A stretch of 63,993 nt of DNA, filler included, from NCBI GenBank assembly GCA_964501035.1. It is 6 parts of 6 records of this genome, joined end to end, with 100 filler letters (N's around TTAATTAATTAA, not from the genome) between each part and the next. Parts side by side here need not be neighbours in the genome. Positions count along the whole stretch, not along the records: positions 1 to 12,571 come from CAZCRK010000047.1; positions 12,672 to 25,143 come from CAZCRK010000048.1; 4 more parts are not named here. One strand, given 5' to 3'. This document shows positions 10,688 to 19,580 of this stretch, in pieces; within the stretch, counting starts at the first letter, position 1; the number at the start of each line of letters is the position of its first letter. The notes below the pieces were generated by a model. It did not search any database and was not told the origin of the DNA. It saw only the letters and a list, made by a program, of their open reading frames with translations. A program made the translations under genes and the position numbers.

Positions 10688-10968
10688 TGTTTCCCCAATG
10701 CTTTAAATTGCTTTTTTTCAGATTCTAATCTCTCAATTTCAGTTAACAAAAATTCAACATTTTCTTTATCTTCTAATAACCTAGCTAAATCATAATAACC
10801 ATCACTTCGAATAAATGACGTAATAAGAGGTCCAAAAAATACTAATAATTGGCTTCCAATAAAAGAAGCATATTTGCTCATTTCAAGAAAAAATATCACT
10901 GGTACTGAAAACCCATGTCCTACAATTCGTTTTGCAAACCGAGTTATTATTTGCTTATCTTTATTCAT
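10684..10968 (-). CDS. Small uncharacterised protein
   Basis: 94 aa; overlaps both neighbours, consistent with translational coupling; central amphipathic/hydrophobic helices; LLEDKENVEFLLTEIE. Confidence 0.7.
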   Translation of the reverse strand: MNKDKQIITRFAKRIVGHGFSVPVIFFLEMSKYASFIGSQLLVFFGPLITSFIRSDGYYDLARLLEDKENVEFLLTEIERLESEKKQFKALGKQ

Positions 10969-12098
10969 TATTTATCGGATAAAATCATTTCAAGATTTGC
11001 TCTCGGTATTATTTTGATTTCACCATTTAGAAATTTAACTTCTGCCACTCTCACTTTAGTTTCTGATTCCATTTCAAGTAATTCAGGAGGCAGTGAAATC
11101 ACATGCCCTACTTCACCAAAAAATGGGTCACGAACCACTCTCACTTGTGAACCTTCAGAAATTATCAAGTCATCCTCATTAAAATCAACAGTTGAAGCTT
11201 GCGAATCATCTAATGGAATCAATACTTCTGGTCGTATTACGCCTGCTCTAATTTGAGTTGATCCATTTATTGAACCAAACTTTCCAATATGTTTTGTTAA
11301 TAAATCAAATGTTCTATCGGCAATTGGAATATTTCCAAAGCCTTCTGTAATCATTATTGAAATACCTAAATCTTCAGAGCCAGTTATAGCCACTCCCAAT
11401 GAATAACCTAAGATTTTGGATAAGTCACTATATGCAAATCCACCAACCACAATTCCTGCTACATTGAGAGATTGTGCTTTTTCAAACGTTTCTAGTGAAA
11501 TATTTGCACCACAAATCAATATTTTACCTGAATGAGATTCATTTAACATATCTGCATTTACAACCTCATTTGGGGCATTAACTAATGACAGTATTTCCCC
11601 ATTATTTTCACCACCAATTCCTAAAATTCCCTGAATCAACGCACACTTTGCCTCTATCACGACCCCTTCTTCTGGAATAACTTCAGTCACTTTTCCTGAA
11701 GTATATGCATTTACTTCAATGGGAACAGGTGGTTCTGACAAAATAGCTTGTCCGGTTATGTTTGAAACATTTGCTAAGGTACCATCAATGGGAGAATTCA
11801 CATGACTTTTAAACAAGCCAAACAAGCCTTTACTCTCTGCAATTACTTGTCCTTTAGAAATGGGTTCATCTAACTCAACTAACATGCATTCAGGTACCGT
11901 TTCCGGTTCAACATTGAGTTGATTTGCAATGTTTAACATCTGGACATTTCCTGGGATGTTGGTTGAAGCAACAATTGTATCAAATTGAACTTCATCTTCT
12001 ACTTTTAAGTGTACTTCTCCTTTAAGAGGTAATTGCCTTAATCGTGTTAAATGGGTGTTTCCTAAAATTTTTAATCCAGGTGAATATGATTTCGACAT
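10968..12098 (-). CDS. Uncharacterised soluble protein with barrel-sandwich-hybrid motifs and a C-terminal KOW-like domain
   Basis: LPLKGEVHLKVEDEV and DEPISKGQVIAE...VNSPIDGTL resemble RnfC-N/biotinyl-type half-barrel motifs; EGSQVRVVRDPFFGEVGHV is KOW-like. Confidence 0.7.
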   Translation of the reverse strand: MSKSYSPGLKILGNTHLTRLRQLPLKGEVHLKVEDEVQFDTIVASTNIPGNVQMLNIANQLNVEPETVPECMLVELDEPISKGQVIAESKGLFGLFKSHVNSPIDGTLANVSNITGQAILSEPPVPIEVNAYTSGKVTEVIPEEGVVIEAKCALIQGILGIGGENNGEILSLVNAPNEVVNADMLNESHSGKILICGANISLETFEKAQSLNVAGIVVGGFAYSDLSKILGYSLGVAITGSEDLGISIMITEGFGNIPIADRTFDLLTKHIGKFGSINGSTQIRAGVIRPEVLIPLDDSQASTVDFNEDDLIISEGSQVRVVRDPFFGEVGHVISLPPELLEMESETKVRVAEVKFLNGEIKIIPRANLEMILSDK

Positions 12099-12571
12099 TT
12101 ATTTGTTCTCCATTGGAAATTCTTGGGTGTTATGCGCCCATGAAGATAATTGTTGAATTCTCATTACATTATCATTTGAAATCATAAAAGGAGCTCTTCC
12201 TCTACCATCTAAAATTAACCCAACTACACCACCAAAAACGTTTGTTTTTATAATTTCATTTATTCCGTTACCAATATCAATTCCCTTGCTTGGTGTTAAC
12301 GTTGCCTTTATTGCCTCATAAGGTGCTTCAATTAATTTTATTTCACCTGAAACTAACTTACCCGATATTTTTTCATTGGGTAATTCAATCTCGTAATGCA
12401 TCAAAGTTGAACCCTTTTTAGTTTCACCAACAGGAGCAATACACGTACCTAAACGTATCATACAATCTTTATCAAATACTTCAACTGCTGCTTTTGGATG
12501 TACGGTTGATAAAACACCTAATTGTGGCATCATAAAAATGGAATCAACCGCAATTTGAGTAATTCCTTCAG
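12099..12571 (-). CDS. Glutamate mutase L (GlmL)-like ASKHA-fold protein, C-terminal fragment (5' part lost at the contig end)
   Basis: The frame stays open to the N-run: EGITQIAVDSIFMMPQLGVLSTVHPKAAVEVFDKDC..LGTCIAP ... GGVVGLILDGRGR, typical of the long GlmL-like family C-terminus. Confidence 0.7.
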
Positions 12572-12671
12572 NNNNNNNNNNNNNNNNNNNNNNNNNNNNN
12601 NNNNNNNNNNNNNNNTTAATTAATTAANNNNNNNNNNNNNNNNNNNNNNNNNNNNNNNNNNNNNNNNNNNN
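12572..12671. other. Artificial contig linker
   Basis: 100 nt of N with a central TTAATTAATTAA, which gives stops in all six frames. Confidence 0.98.
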
Positions 12672-12678
12672 GATTTCT

Positions 12679-12936
12679 TTAAAGGTTGTATTTTAGTTGA
12701 TGAATACAATCTTGCATAATATTATCAAACCAAAATAGTGAAAATGCTTCGTCTAAATCATTACTAGTCTTTAACTGATCCACCCAATTGCCTAATTGAG
12801 TCAATTCAAGATTATCATTCAAACAAGAAAAACAATATAACGATGCACCATTGTTGAGTTTTTCATTACAATAATTGCAAAACTGAGGAAATATTAAACT
12901 TTCAATATGGGACGAAAATATTGAATACATAGGCAT
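12679..12936 (-). CDS. comF: ComF-family protein, N-terminal double zinc ribbon part (truncated near the contig end)
   Basis: IFPQFCNYC...YCFSC zinc ribbon followed by DCIHQLKY; the PRTase domain is missing because the contig ends. Confidence 0.7.
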   Translation of the reverse strand: MPMYSIFSSHIESLIFPQFCNYCNEKLNNGASLYCFSCLNDNLELTQLGNWVDQLKTSNDLDEAFSLFWFDNIMQDCIHQLKYNL

Positions 12937-12942
12937 TTTTAA

Positions 12943-13587
12943 CTACTCAATAGAAATTTTCACGTACGATTCATCTGTTTCAATATCTAGTATTGTACCA
13001 ATTTTTGGGTTTTTGACTGCTGCATTGTACAGATCTTCAATATCAATACCCTCATCAATAAATTTATGTTTCATTTTCTTTGCTATAATTTTTGCAATAA
13101 ATGTCATATTATTTAAATTCAAATTGACAGTACTTTTCTTATTTCCTTCTATTTCGGTGACTTCTATTTTCAATTTATTGCCTTCCATAGAAGATATTTT
13201 TTCAATATGTTCATCCGTTGAATTAGAATCGTCGGTTGGAGATGTTTTCTCTTTTGATTTTTTGGATGATTTATCCATTGTTATTATGCCGTCATCTAAG
13301 AGAAAATGCGAAACAAAAAATATTGCTGCAAGAATCCAACCTTGCACTCCATCAATTAAAGGTATTCCATATTGAGATTGTCCAAAAAACAACGCACATG
13401 CTAAAGAAAGTGGTAACCCATAACTTTTTGAAGAAGTAGTTTTCTTTATTGGTACTCCTTTAAACATTTTTATCAACTTTTTAACTCTAAAAAATAAAAT
13501 AACCGAGAAGAATATCCCAAAGATAATCCACAACCACTGTGGAAATTGCCAACCTAAAAAATACCACATTGTAAGTAAAACGACCAT
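12943..13587 (-). CDS. Hypothetical membrane protein with a soluble C-terminal domain
   Basis: Several N-terminal TM segments, a charged linker, and C-terminal GIDIEDL...GTILDIETDESYVKISIE. Confidence 0.6.
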   Translation of the reverse strand: MVVLLTMWYFLGWQFPQWLWIIFGIFFSVILFFRVKKLIKMFKGVPIKKTTSSKSYGLPLSLACALFFGQSQYGIPLIDGVQGWILAAIFFVSHFLLDDGIITMDKSSKKSKEKTSPTDDSNSTDEHIEKISSMEGNKLKIEVTEIEGNKKSTVNLNLNNMTFIAKIIAKKMKHKFIDEGIDIEDLYNAAVKNPKIGTILDIETDESYVKISIE

Positions 13588-13762
13588 AATTTCATCCTTT
13601 TGTTTGAGTTTTGATATACTAATGAACTTAAAAACTGTACTAGAAAATAACTTTTTAAGTTAAAACTATTTTATAAATATTGAAAGGTATTTGTATTAAC
13701 TCTTCTTTTTTGAACCATTTATACAAATAAACACCTAAGTTATGTAGTGGAGATTAGTTACA

Positions 13763-14287
13763 TTGTTTAATATAATTGCATATTTTACCAAACGGTATCA
13801 TTCACCTAACTTGACTGCTAACGAACTCAAATGGATGTTAAATTGGTGGCTACCCTTTATATTTAATCGAATTAAAATATTGAGAATTTCAGACGATTTC
13901 ATGAGAGTTGAGGTGTTATTAAAGCGATCCTTTTGGAATCAAAATCCTGGAAAATCTATTTGGGGTGGAGCTATTTTTAGCGCGACAGACTCCTTTTACC
14001 CTATCATGTTAAAGCAAATCATCATGAAACAATTTAATATCCCAACAGAAGTTTTTACAAAAGCAACCAATCTACAATATTTACGTGAATCAAAAACTGA
14101 TATTACGTTTGAATTTGTACTCACAAAATCTGATGTTACATTAACCCATACCAATTTAATGTCAACAAACAAACATGAAGAATGGTACCGGGTGGCTGGT
14201 CATGATACGAATGGAAAAATATGTATTCAAGCAGATATTCAAGCATACTTGCGTTGCAGAAATAATGAAAAGGAAGCATCAAAATGA
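13763..14287 (+). CDS. DUF4442 / PaaI-like hotdog-fold thioesterase
   Basis: LNWWLPFIFNRIKI...SFWNQNPGKSIWGGAIFSATDSFY hotdog-fold motif. Confidence 0.75.
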   Translation: MFNIIAYFTKRYHSPNLTANELKWMLNWWLPFIFNRIKILRISDDFMRVEVLLKRSFWNQNPGKSIWGGAIFSATDSFYPIMLKQIIMKQFNIPTEVFTKATNLQYLRESKTDITFEFVLTKSDVTLTHTNLMSTNKHEEWYRVAGHDTNGKICIQADIQAYLRCRNNEKEASK

Positions 14288-17229
14288 AACAAATAATATC
14301 AATATTTTTATTAAGCTGTTTATTTACTTTTGCATTTGCACAAGGTACATGGCAATGGTCAAAACAAGTTCATTCAGAGTTAGAATGGAGTACGATTTCC
14401 ACCGAACACTTCAGAGTGCACTATCACAATGGAATTCATGATATTGCGGTTGAGGGAGCTAATATTGCTGAAACTGTGTATCCAGAATTGTTAGAACAAG
14501 TAAATTTAGAATCAACTCCAGTTATTGATATTATTTTCACAACAGAAGATGAAATCATGAATGGATATGCAATGTGGACAAATCAAACATTTATTTGGGT
14601 AGATCAAAATGATGCTGTTATTTGGCTTGAAAATGGAAAGTGGTTGTATCAAGTTGTCGCACATGAGTTGCAACATATTGTATACTTTAATAAAGTAAAA
14701 TCCTGGATGGTAGAACCTTGGGGAATGCTACTTGCTAAAACTCCAGGTTGGTTTGTCGAAGGATTGGCTGAATACATGACGGAAAAATGGCGACCGTATC
14801 GTTCAGATATTTCACATAAATATCATATTCTTAAAAACACAACCGATAAAATGGACCCGCACCACGATGGGTATTCTAAGCTACTACTCTTTGCCGAAGA
14901 ATATGGAGATTCATCCATCGTAAAACTTTTAGAATATCGAAATTCCTTTAAACTTTTTAATTTTGAAACTGCATTTAAAGACGTTACCGGAAAATCAGTT
15001 TCTGAATTTGAAGAACATTGGCGTCGTACTATGAATACGTATTTTTATGGCTATATGGCTCAAAAAGAATCTTACGAAGATATTGGTCATGTTACGTCAT
15101 TGCCTGTAAAAAAACAAAGAGGGTTTGCATTTGCACCTGATAGTTTGAAAATTGTGATTAATGGGAAAATGGATAAAGGGCAATACGATCAATCTCTAAT
15201 CTTAGCTGAGCAGGACACAACAACCAAAAAAGAAAAGTTTAATCTATTTAATTGGTTCAAAAAAGAAGAATCAAAAGATGATACAACCACAGATGGAACT
15301 GCAAAAAAACCGCATTACAACTTAATTGAAATTGATTTTGGACGATTCCATAATTCTATGAATTGGAATTCTAGCAGTACACAAATAGCGTATTCAAAGT
15401 ATCACTTTTCTACAAATTCATCCATGGTGTATGATATTTCAATCTATGATATAGAAACAGAAGAGCATTATTGGTTAACAGAAAATATGCGTGCTAAATA
15501 TCCAATATGGGCACCTGATGAAAAGAGTATTATTTTTGTGTCGCATTCAAATAGTAATTCAAACCTATTTGGCATAGATTTGGAAAGCAAAGAAATTACT
15601 CAACTCACACATTTCACAGGCGATAATCAAATAATTTCTCCAAGCTGGTCACCAAATGGAAATTATATTGCATTTGCTCGTTCAGGAAATGATGGTGCAA
15701 CTAATATTTACACATTGGACATGCTGAACCAAAACATTGTTCAATTAACCACAAATCAAGCAGTAGAGTATGCACCCGTTTGGCATCCATCGGGTGAAAA
15801 AATATATTTTACATCTCATGCTGGAAATACACCTAACATTGTGGAACTTGAATTGAGCAGTAATGATTCAAATCCAATAACAGATATAGGTGGAACATTG
15901 CAATCTGTACAATGGAACCCAAAAGGAAACTCGCTTATTGCAAGTACTTTATATGATGTAGATTCATCTCGTATTGTGTTTATAGATGTTGAACGAGAAA
16001 TTACTACCTCTCCCTTGTCCATACGACCCGATTATACACGATGGATGAGTAAAGCTCCTGATGTTTTGTTAACTGAATTTGATAAGATTTCACCCACAGA
16101 AATAATCAGTGATGAATCGTATGCATTTTACAAACATCCCAAACACATGACATCATTTATTCTACTAACTGATGGTCCTTTTGGAATGACACAATGGAGT
16201 GATCCACTTGGTAAACATATCGTCAGCATTATAGGTGGTACGACAGACTATTCTATGAATACACCGTATTCAATGATATCGTATATTAACGCACAACATG
16301 GACCCCTTTGGGGTCTATATTACTTCTATAATTTGTATTGGCAATTCAGAATTAACAATGCAAGTTCGTATGGATTCTGGGAAAAATTTGATGGCACACA
16401 AGTTTGGGCTATATTTCCAATTAACTCAAAAAACAATATGCATATTTCTCATTCCATTTCAACAGAATTTTCATTGTTTGACAGAAGTTTTACACTTTGT
16501 GAAGATATTTTTGAAGATTCTGATTGTTATAATTTTGAAAATACTAACCTTGGTTTTGAGCCTGAATCTGGTACTGATGGTGTGTTTTCAATTAAATGGC
16601 AATATGTAGATAAACGTGGTCATAAAGATAATTTCAATTTGCCACGCTATGGAGATGGTATTTCATTTAAATTAGATTTTGCTGATAAAAATATTATTGG
16701 AGATTTTACATATCAACGATACACATTGGATTCATTTTCAAATTATTCTATTGGGCCATTTACCCTATATGGTAGAAATAAATTTCAAGCAATTAATGGT
16801 ACTCCACCAGGGCAAGAATATATAGGACTTACTGAAGATATGTCCATTTACTTTCCTGGACAAGGCACATTGGGTTGGTTTGAAAATATGAGCCCACGGG
16901 GATGGGAAGGTGGTTTGATTCTAGGAAATAAAATAAGCTTTTCAACAATGGAATTGCGTTTTCCATTAATGTCAAGTCTTCCAATTAATATTTTAGGCTT
17001 AACGTTAGGTGATATTTCTGGTGCAGTAATCTCGGATTATGGACATGTTTGGGGATTTGAAGTAGATGAAGAAGTTATAACCGCAGGGTACGAAGCTAAA
17101 ATTGCCTTAAAACTTGGGAATGTTCCATTATTTTACATTTCTGTAGGTGAAGCTCAAACTATTGATAATTGGAGAGATAATCATACCCCTAATCCATATG
17201 TAAGGTTTTCTTTAATCAATCCATTTTAG
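14284..17229 (+). CDS. Secreted outer-membrane protein: HExxH metallopeptidase-like domain + TolB/PD40 beta-propeller + BamA/Omp85-like barrel
   Basis: Signal peptide; AHELQH...WFVEGLAEY; repeated PIWAPD/PSWSPNG/PVWHPSG; MELRFPL barrel motif; C-terminal Phe. Confidence 0.75.
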   Translation: MKQIISIFLLSCLFTFAFAQGTWQWSKQVHSELEWSTISTEHFRVHYHNGIHDIAVEGANIAETVYPELLEQVNLESTPVIDIIFTTEDEIMNGYAMWTNQTFIWVDQNDAVIWLENGKWLYQVVAHELQHIVYFNKVKSWMVEPWGMLLAKTPGWFVEGLAEYMTEKWRPYRSDISHKYHILKNTTDKMDPHHDGYSKLLLFAEEYGDSSIVKLLEYRNSFKLFNFETAFKDVTGKSVSEFEEHWRRTMNTYFYGYMAQKESYEDIGHVTSLPVKKQRGFAFAPDSLKIVINGKMDKGQYDQSLILAEQDTTTKKEKFNLFNWFKKEESKDDTTTDGTAKKPHYNLIEIDFGRFHNSMNWNSSSTQIAYSKYHFSTNSSMVYDISIYDIETEEHYWLTENMRAKYPIWAPDEKSIIFVSHSNSNSNLFGIDLESKEITQLTHFTGDNQIISPSWSPNGNYIAFARSGNDGATNIYTLDMLNQNIVQLTTNQAVEYAPVWHPSGEKIYFTSHAGNTPNIVELELSSNDSNPITDIGGTLQSVQWNPKGNSLIASTLYDVDSSRIVFIDVEREITTSPLSIRPDYTRWMSKAPDVLLTEFDKISPTEIISDESYAFYKHPKHMTSFILLTDGPFGMTQWSDPLGKHIVSIIGGTTDYSMNTPYSMISYINAQHGPLWGLYYFYNLYWQFRINNASSYGFWEKFDGTQVWAIFPINSKNNMHISHSISTEFSLFDRSFTLCEDIFEDSDCYNFENTNLGFEPESGTDGVFSIKWQYVDKRGHKDNFNLPRYGDGISFKLDFADKNIIGDFTYQRYTLDSFSNYSIGPFTLYGRNKFQAINGTPPGQEYIGLTEDMSIYFPGQGTLGWFENMSPRGWEGGLILGNKISFSTMELRFPLMSSLPINILGLTLGDISGAVISDYGHVWGFEVDEEVITAGYEAKIALKLGNVPLFYISVGEAQTIDNWRDNHTPNPYVRFSLINPF

Positions 17230-17677
17230 GAGCAAACTTCTTAAGGAAATCATTCCCCGTTGGATCAAATCCTTCTAAATCTTGAAGGGTTTTGTTTTGA
17301 AATAAATGAACAAACTTATGTTTGGTTTCTTCCCAATGATTATGAATAGGACATGGATTATGGGTACCACATTTTCCTAATCCTAAAATACATCTGTTCA
17401 AAAAATCTTTATCTTCAAATGGGCGAATTATTTGGATTAATGTGATTTGCGAAGACAATTTATTTAATTTAATCCCACCACTTGGACCTCGAAATGATTT
17501 TAAAATATTTTCTTTAATTAATGTATTTGCAATTTTTGCAAGTTGAAAATAGGGAAGCTCTAAATGTTGTGCAATATCTTTAATATGAAAATATTCTCTC
17601 TCACTTTTGTACTCATTTACGTAAAATACTAAACGTATAGCATTTTCTGAAGATTTTGACAATATCATATTTACCAC
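17216..17677 (-). CDS. Rrf2-family transcriptional regulator (Fe-S-ligating type)
   Basis: MILSKSSENAIR (likely true start near 17668), SFRGPSGG, and the CILGLGKCGTHNPCPIH C-x5-C-x5-C-x2-H motif. Confidence 0.9.
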   Translation of the reverse strand: MVNMILSKSSENAIRLVFYVNEYKSEREYFHIKDIAQHLELPYFQLAKIANTLIKENILKSFRGPSGGIKLNKLSSQITLIQIIRPFEDKDFLNRCILGLGKCGTHNPCPIHNHWEETKHKFVHLFQNKTLQDLEGFDPTGNDFLKKFAPKMD

Positions 17678-17720
17678 CTTTTTATCTTAAATAATTTACA
17701 AACATTCATTATTGTAGTTT

Positions 17721-17740
17721 TAGAGATATTTATATCTTTA
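17721..17740. promoter_or_regulatory. Palindromic operator, candidate Rrf2 binding site
   Basis: TAGAGATAT-TT-ATATCTTTA with a perfect core AGATAT-N2-ATATCT, between the divergent rrf2 and cytochrome c genes. Confidence 0.55.
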
Positions 17741-17764
17741 TTTTAATGTTGATGCGAAATATGA

Positions 17765-17801
17765 TTGAGTTACATAAGAATATAAGTTTAAATTTTGGGC
17801 T
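17765..17801 (+). promoter_or_regulatory. Putative sigma70-type promoter of the cytochrome c gene
   Basis: TTGAGT-N18-TAAATT followed by TTGGGCT, the same architecture as upstream of rplM and tRNA-fMet. Confidence 0.45.
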
Positions 17802-17836
17802 ATTATTTATAATACATTATCACATTAGGGGAAATT

Positions 17837-18382
17837 ATGCCAGATATCAAGACAATGAAACGAAACAAAACTATATTATCTGCTTTTTGGGGAGGATTGA
17901 TAGTTACAATAATTGGGTTTTTATTTATATTAAATCAAATGAATAAGCAAGTAGCTAATCATACATACACATCCCCCTATGCTTCAGATATTAAGGAAAC
18001 AACTCCTTTATCACAAGCTGTTCCAAAAACCAAACAAGAAAGCCAAACAGAAACAGTTGCAGTTATGCCTTCCGAAGAATTAGTTGCATTTACAGATGAA
18101 GAGAATATCCTTTTAGGAAAAACTATTTATGATAAAAATTGTTTAGCATGTCATGGACCAGATGGTGGTGGTACTGTGGGACCAAATTTAACTGACGAAT
18201 ATTGGGTGCATGGTGGTTCTACACAAGATATTGTTACTATCATAAACGAAGGTAATATTGCAAAAGGAATGATTCCTTGGAAAACAACGTTGAACTCCAA
18301 TGAAGTGTTACAGGTTACAAGTTTTATTTTATCTTTACAAGGATCAAACCCTGCGAATGGGAAAGCACCTGAGGGTGAATAG
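17837..18382 (+). CDS. Membrane-anchored monoheme cytochrome c, CcoP (cbb3 subunit III)-like
   Basis: N-terminal TM; CLACH heme motif; GGGTVGPNLTDEYWVHGG; GMIPW (axial Met). Confidence 0.85.
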   Translation: MPDIKTMKRNKTILSAFWGGLIVTIIGFLFILNQMNKQVANHTYTSPYASDIKETTPLSQAVPKTKQESQTETVAVMPSEELVAFTDEENILLGKTIYDKNCLACHGPDGGGTVGPNLTDEYWVHGGSTQDIVTIINEGNIAKGMIPWKTTLNSNEVLQVTSFILSLQGSNPANGKAPEGE

Positions 18383-18422
18383 TTTTAGAGAATAACCTCT
18401 TCTTTACCATTCAAGAATTTGA

Positions 18423-19580
18423 TTAACTAAAATATTGGTGAATAAATTCTTGCAGAATAGTAATTGCTGTTGGAATTGCTAATTCATTTGAGTCAAATAG
18501 AGGTGTATGGATATCTGTGCTGTTTTCCATTGCACTTCCTATGCGTACATACGCACCGGGGATATGTTCTAAATAATACGCAAAATCCTCACCTCCCATA
18601 CTGGACTCGCTTAATATTTCTAAATTTTCAACACCAATTGCACGTTTGGTGGAAGACATAACCATATCTGTCATTTCTTTATCATTCGTTACACCGGGTG
18701 ATGAGTATGGAATTGACCACGAAATTTCAGCTTCAGTAAACTGTGATACGCTTTTTACGGTATCATCAATTATCTGATGTAATTTATCTTTCAAATTACT
18801 GTTTAAGAATCGAAGCGTGCCTTCGAGTTTAATTTCTTCGGGAAGTACATTAAATGCATGTCCCCCATTTATCTTTCCAAATGCCAAAACAACTGGGTCC
18901 TGTTGATCTAAATGATGACGAATAGCTTCTTCAAGGGTTATGATTAAATGCGCTTGAGCCCAAACCAAATCCACAGATTCTGCAGGGCGTGAAGTATGAC
19001 CACCGGGACCTTTTATGTTTAATTCAATTTGCTGAACCGTGGCCGCCATAGGTCCATATTTGATACCGACAGTTCCAGCTTTTAATTTGGGAAATACATG
19101 TGCTCCAATAATATGGTCAACATTCTCAATAGCTCCACCATTAATCATTGCAATTGCTCCACCTGGAGCTTGTTCTTCTGCTGGCTGGAAAATAAATCGT
19201 ATATTTCCATTTATCTGCATTGCATTATCTTGTAAGAACTTAGCAACACCAAGAATAACAGACATGTGAATATCATGTCCACACGCATGCATCAAACCAT
19301 CATTTATGGAGCAGTATGGCACATCATTTGCCTCTTGAACATATAAGCCATCCATATCACATCGAATTGCAAGTGTAGGTCCAGTGGAATCACCATAATC
19401 ACATGTAAAACCAGTTATCATTTCTGGGGTTTGATTTATTTTATATCCATAACTTTTCATCAATCGCTGAAGAAACCGTGATGTTTTAACCTCTTTAAAT
19501 CCAATTTCAGGATGTTGATGCAACCAACGTCTATGTTGAATAATATCTTGTAAATTTTGTTTTAACCATTGCTCAATCAT
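18423..19580 (-). CDS. M20D-family amidohydrolase
   Basis: RRWLHQHPEIGFKE, RCDMDGL, MHACGHD, FQPAEE, GEDFAYY. Confidence 0.92.
   Translation of the reverse strand: MIEQWLKQNLQDIIQHRRWLHQHPEIGFKEVKTSRFLQRLMKSYGYKINQTPEMITGFTCDYGDSTGPTLAIRCDMDGLYVQEANDVPYCSINDGLMHACGHDIHMSVILGVAKFLQDNAMQINGNIRFIFQPAEEQAPGGAIAMINGGAIENVDHIIGAHVFPKLKAGTVGIKYGPMAATVQQIELNIKGPGGHTSRPAESVDLVWAQAHLIITLEEAIRHHLDQQDPVVLAFGKINGGHAFNVLPEEIKLEGTLRFLNSNLKDKLHQIIDDTVKSVSQFTEAEISWSIPYSSPGVTNDKEMTDMVMSSTKRAIGVENLEILSESSMGGEDFAYYLEHIPGAYVRIGSAMENSTDIHTPLFDSNELAIPTAITILQEFIHQYFS

Noticed and set aside
10968..12098. Rnf/Nqr respiratory complex
   Set aside because: Only sandwich-hybrid motifs are shared; there are no FMN/NADH-binding or Fe-S motifs, and the membrane genes do not resemble RnfA/D/E.
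12099..12571. DNA mismatch repair MutL, or a functional glutamate mutase locus
   Set aside because: The similarity is to the GlmL ('MutL') mutase-accessory family, not the GHKL repair protein, and no glmS/glmE is visible in this contig.
12679..12936. comF pseudogene (premature stop)
   Set aside because: The stop lies within 10 nt of the contig edge, where sequence is unreliable, so it cannot be told apart from an assembly artefact.
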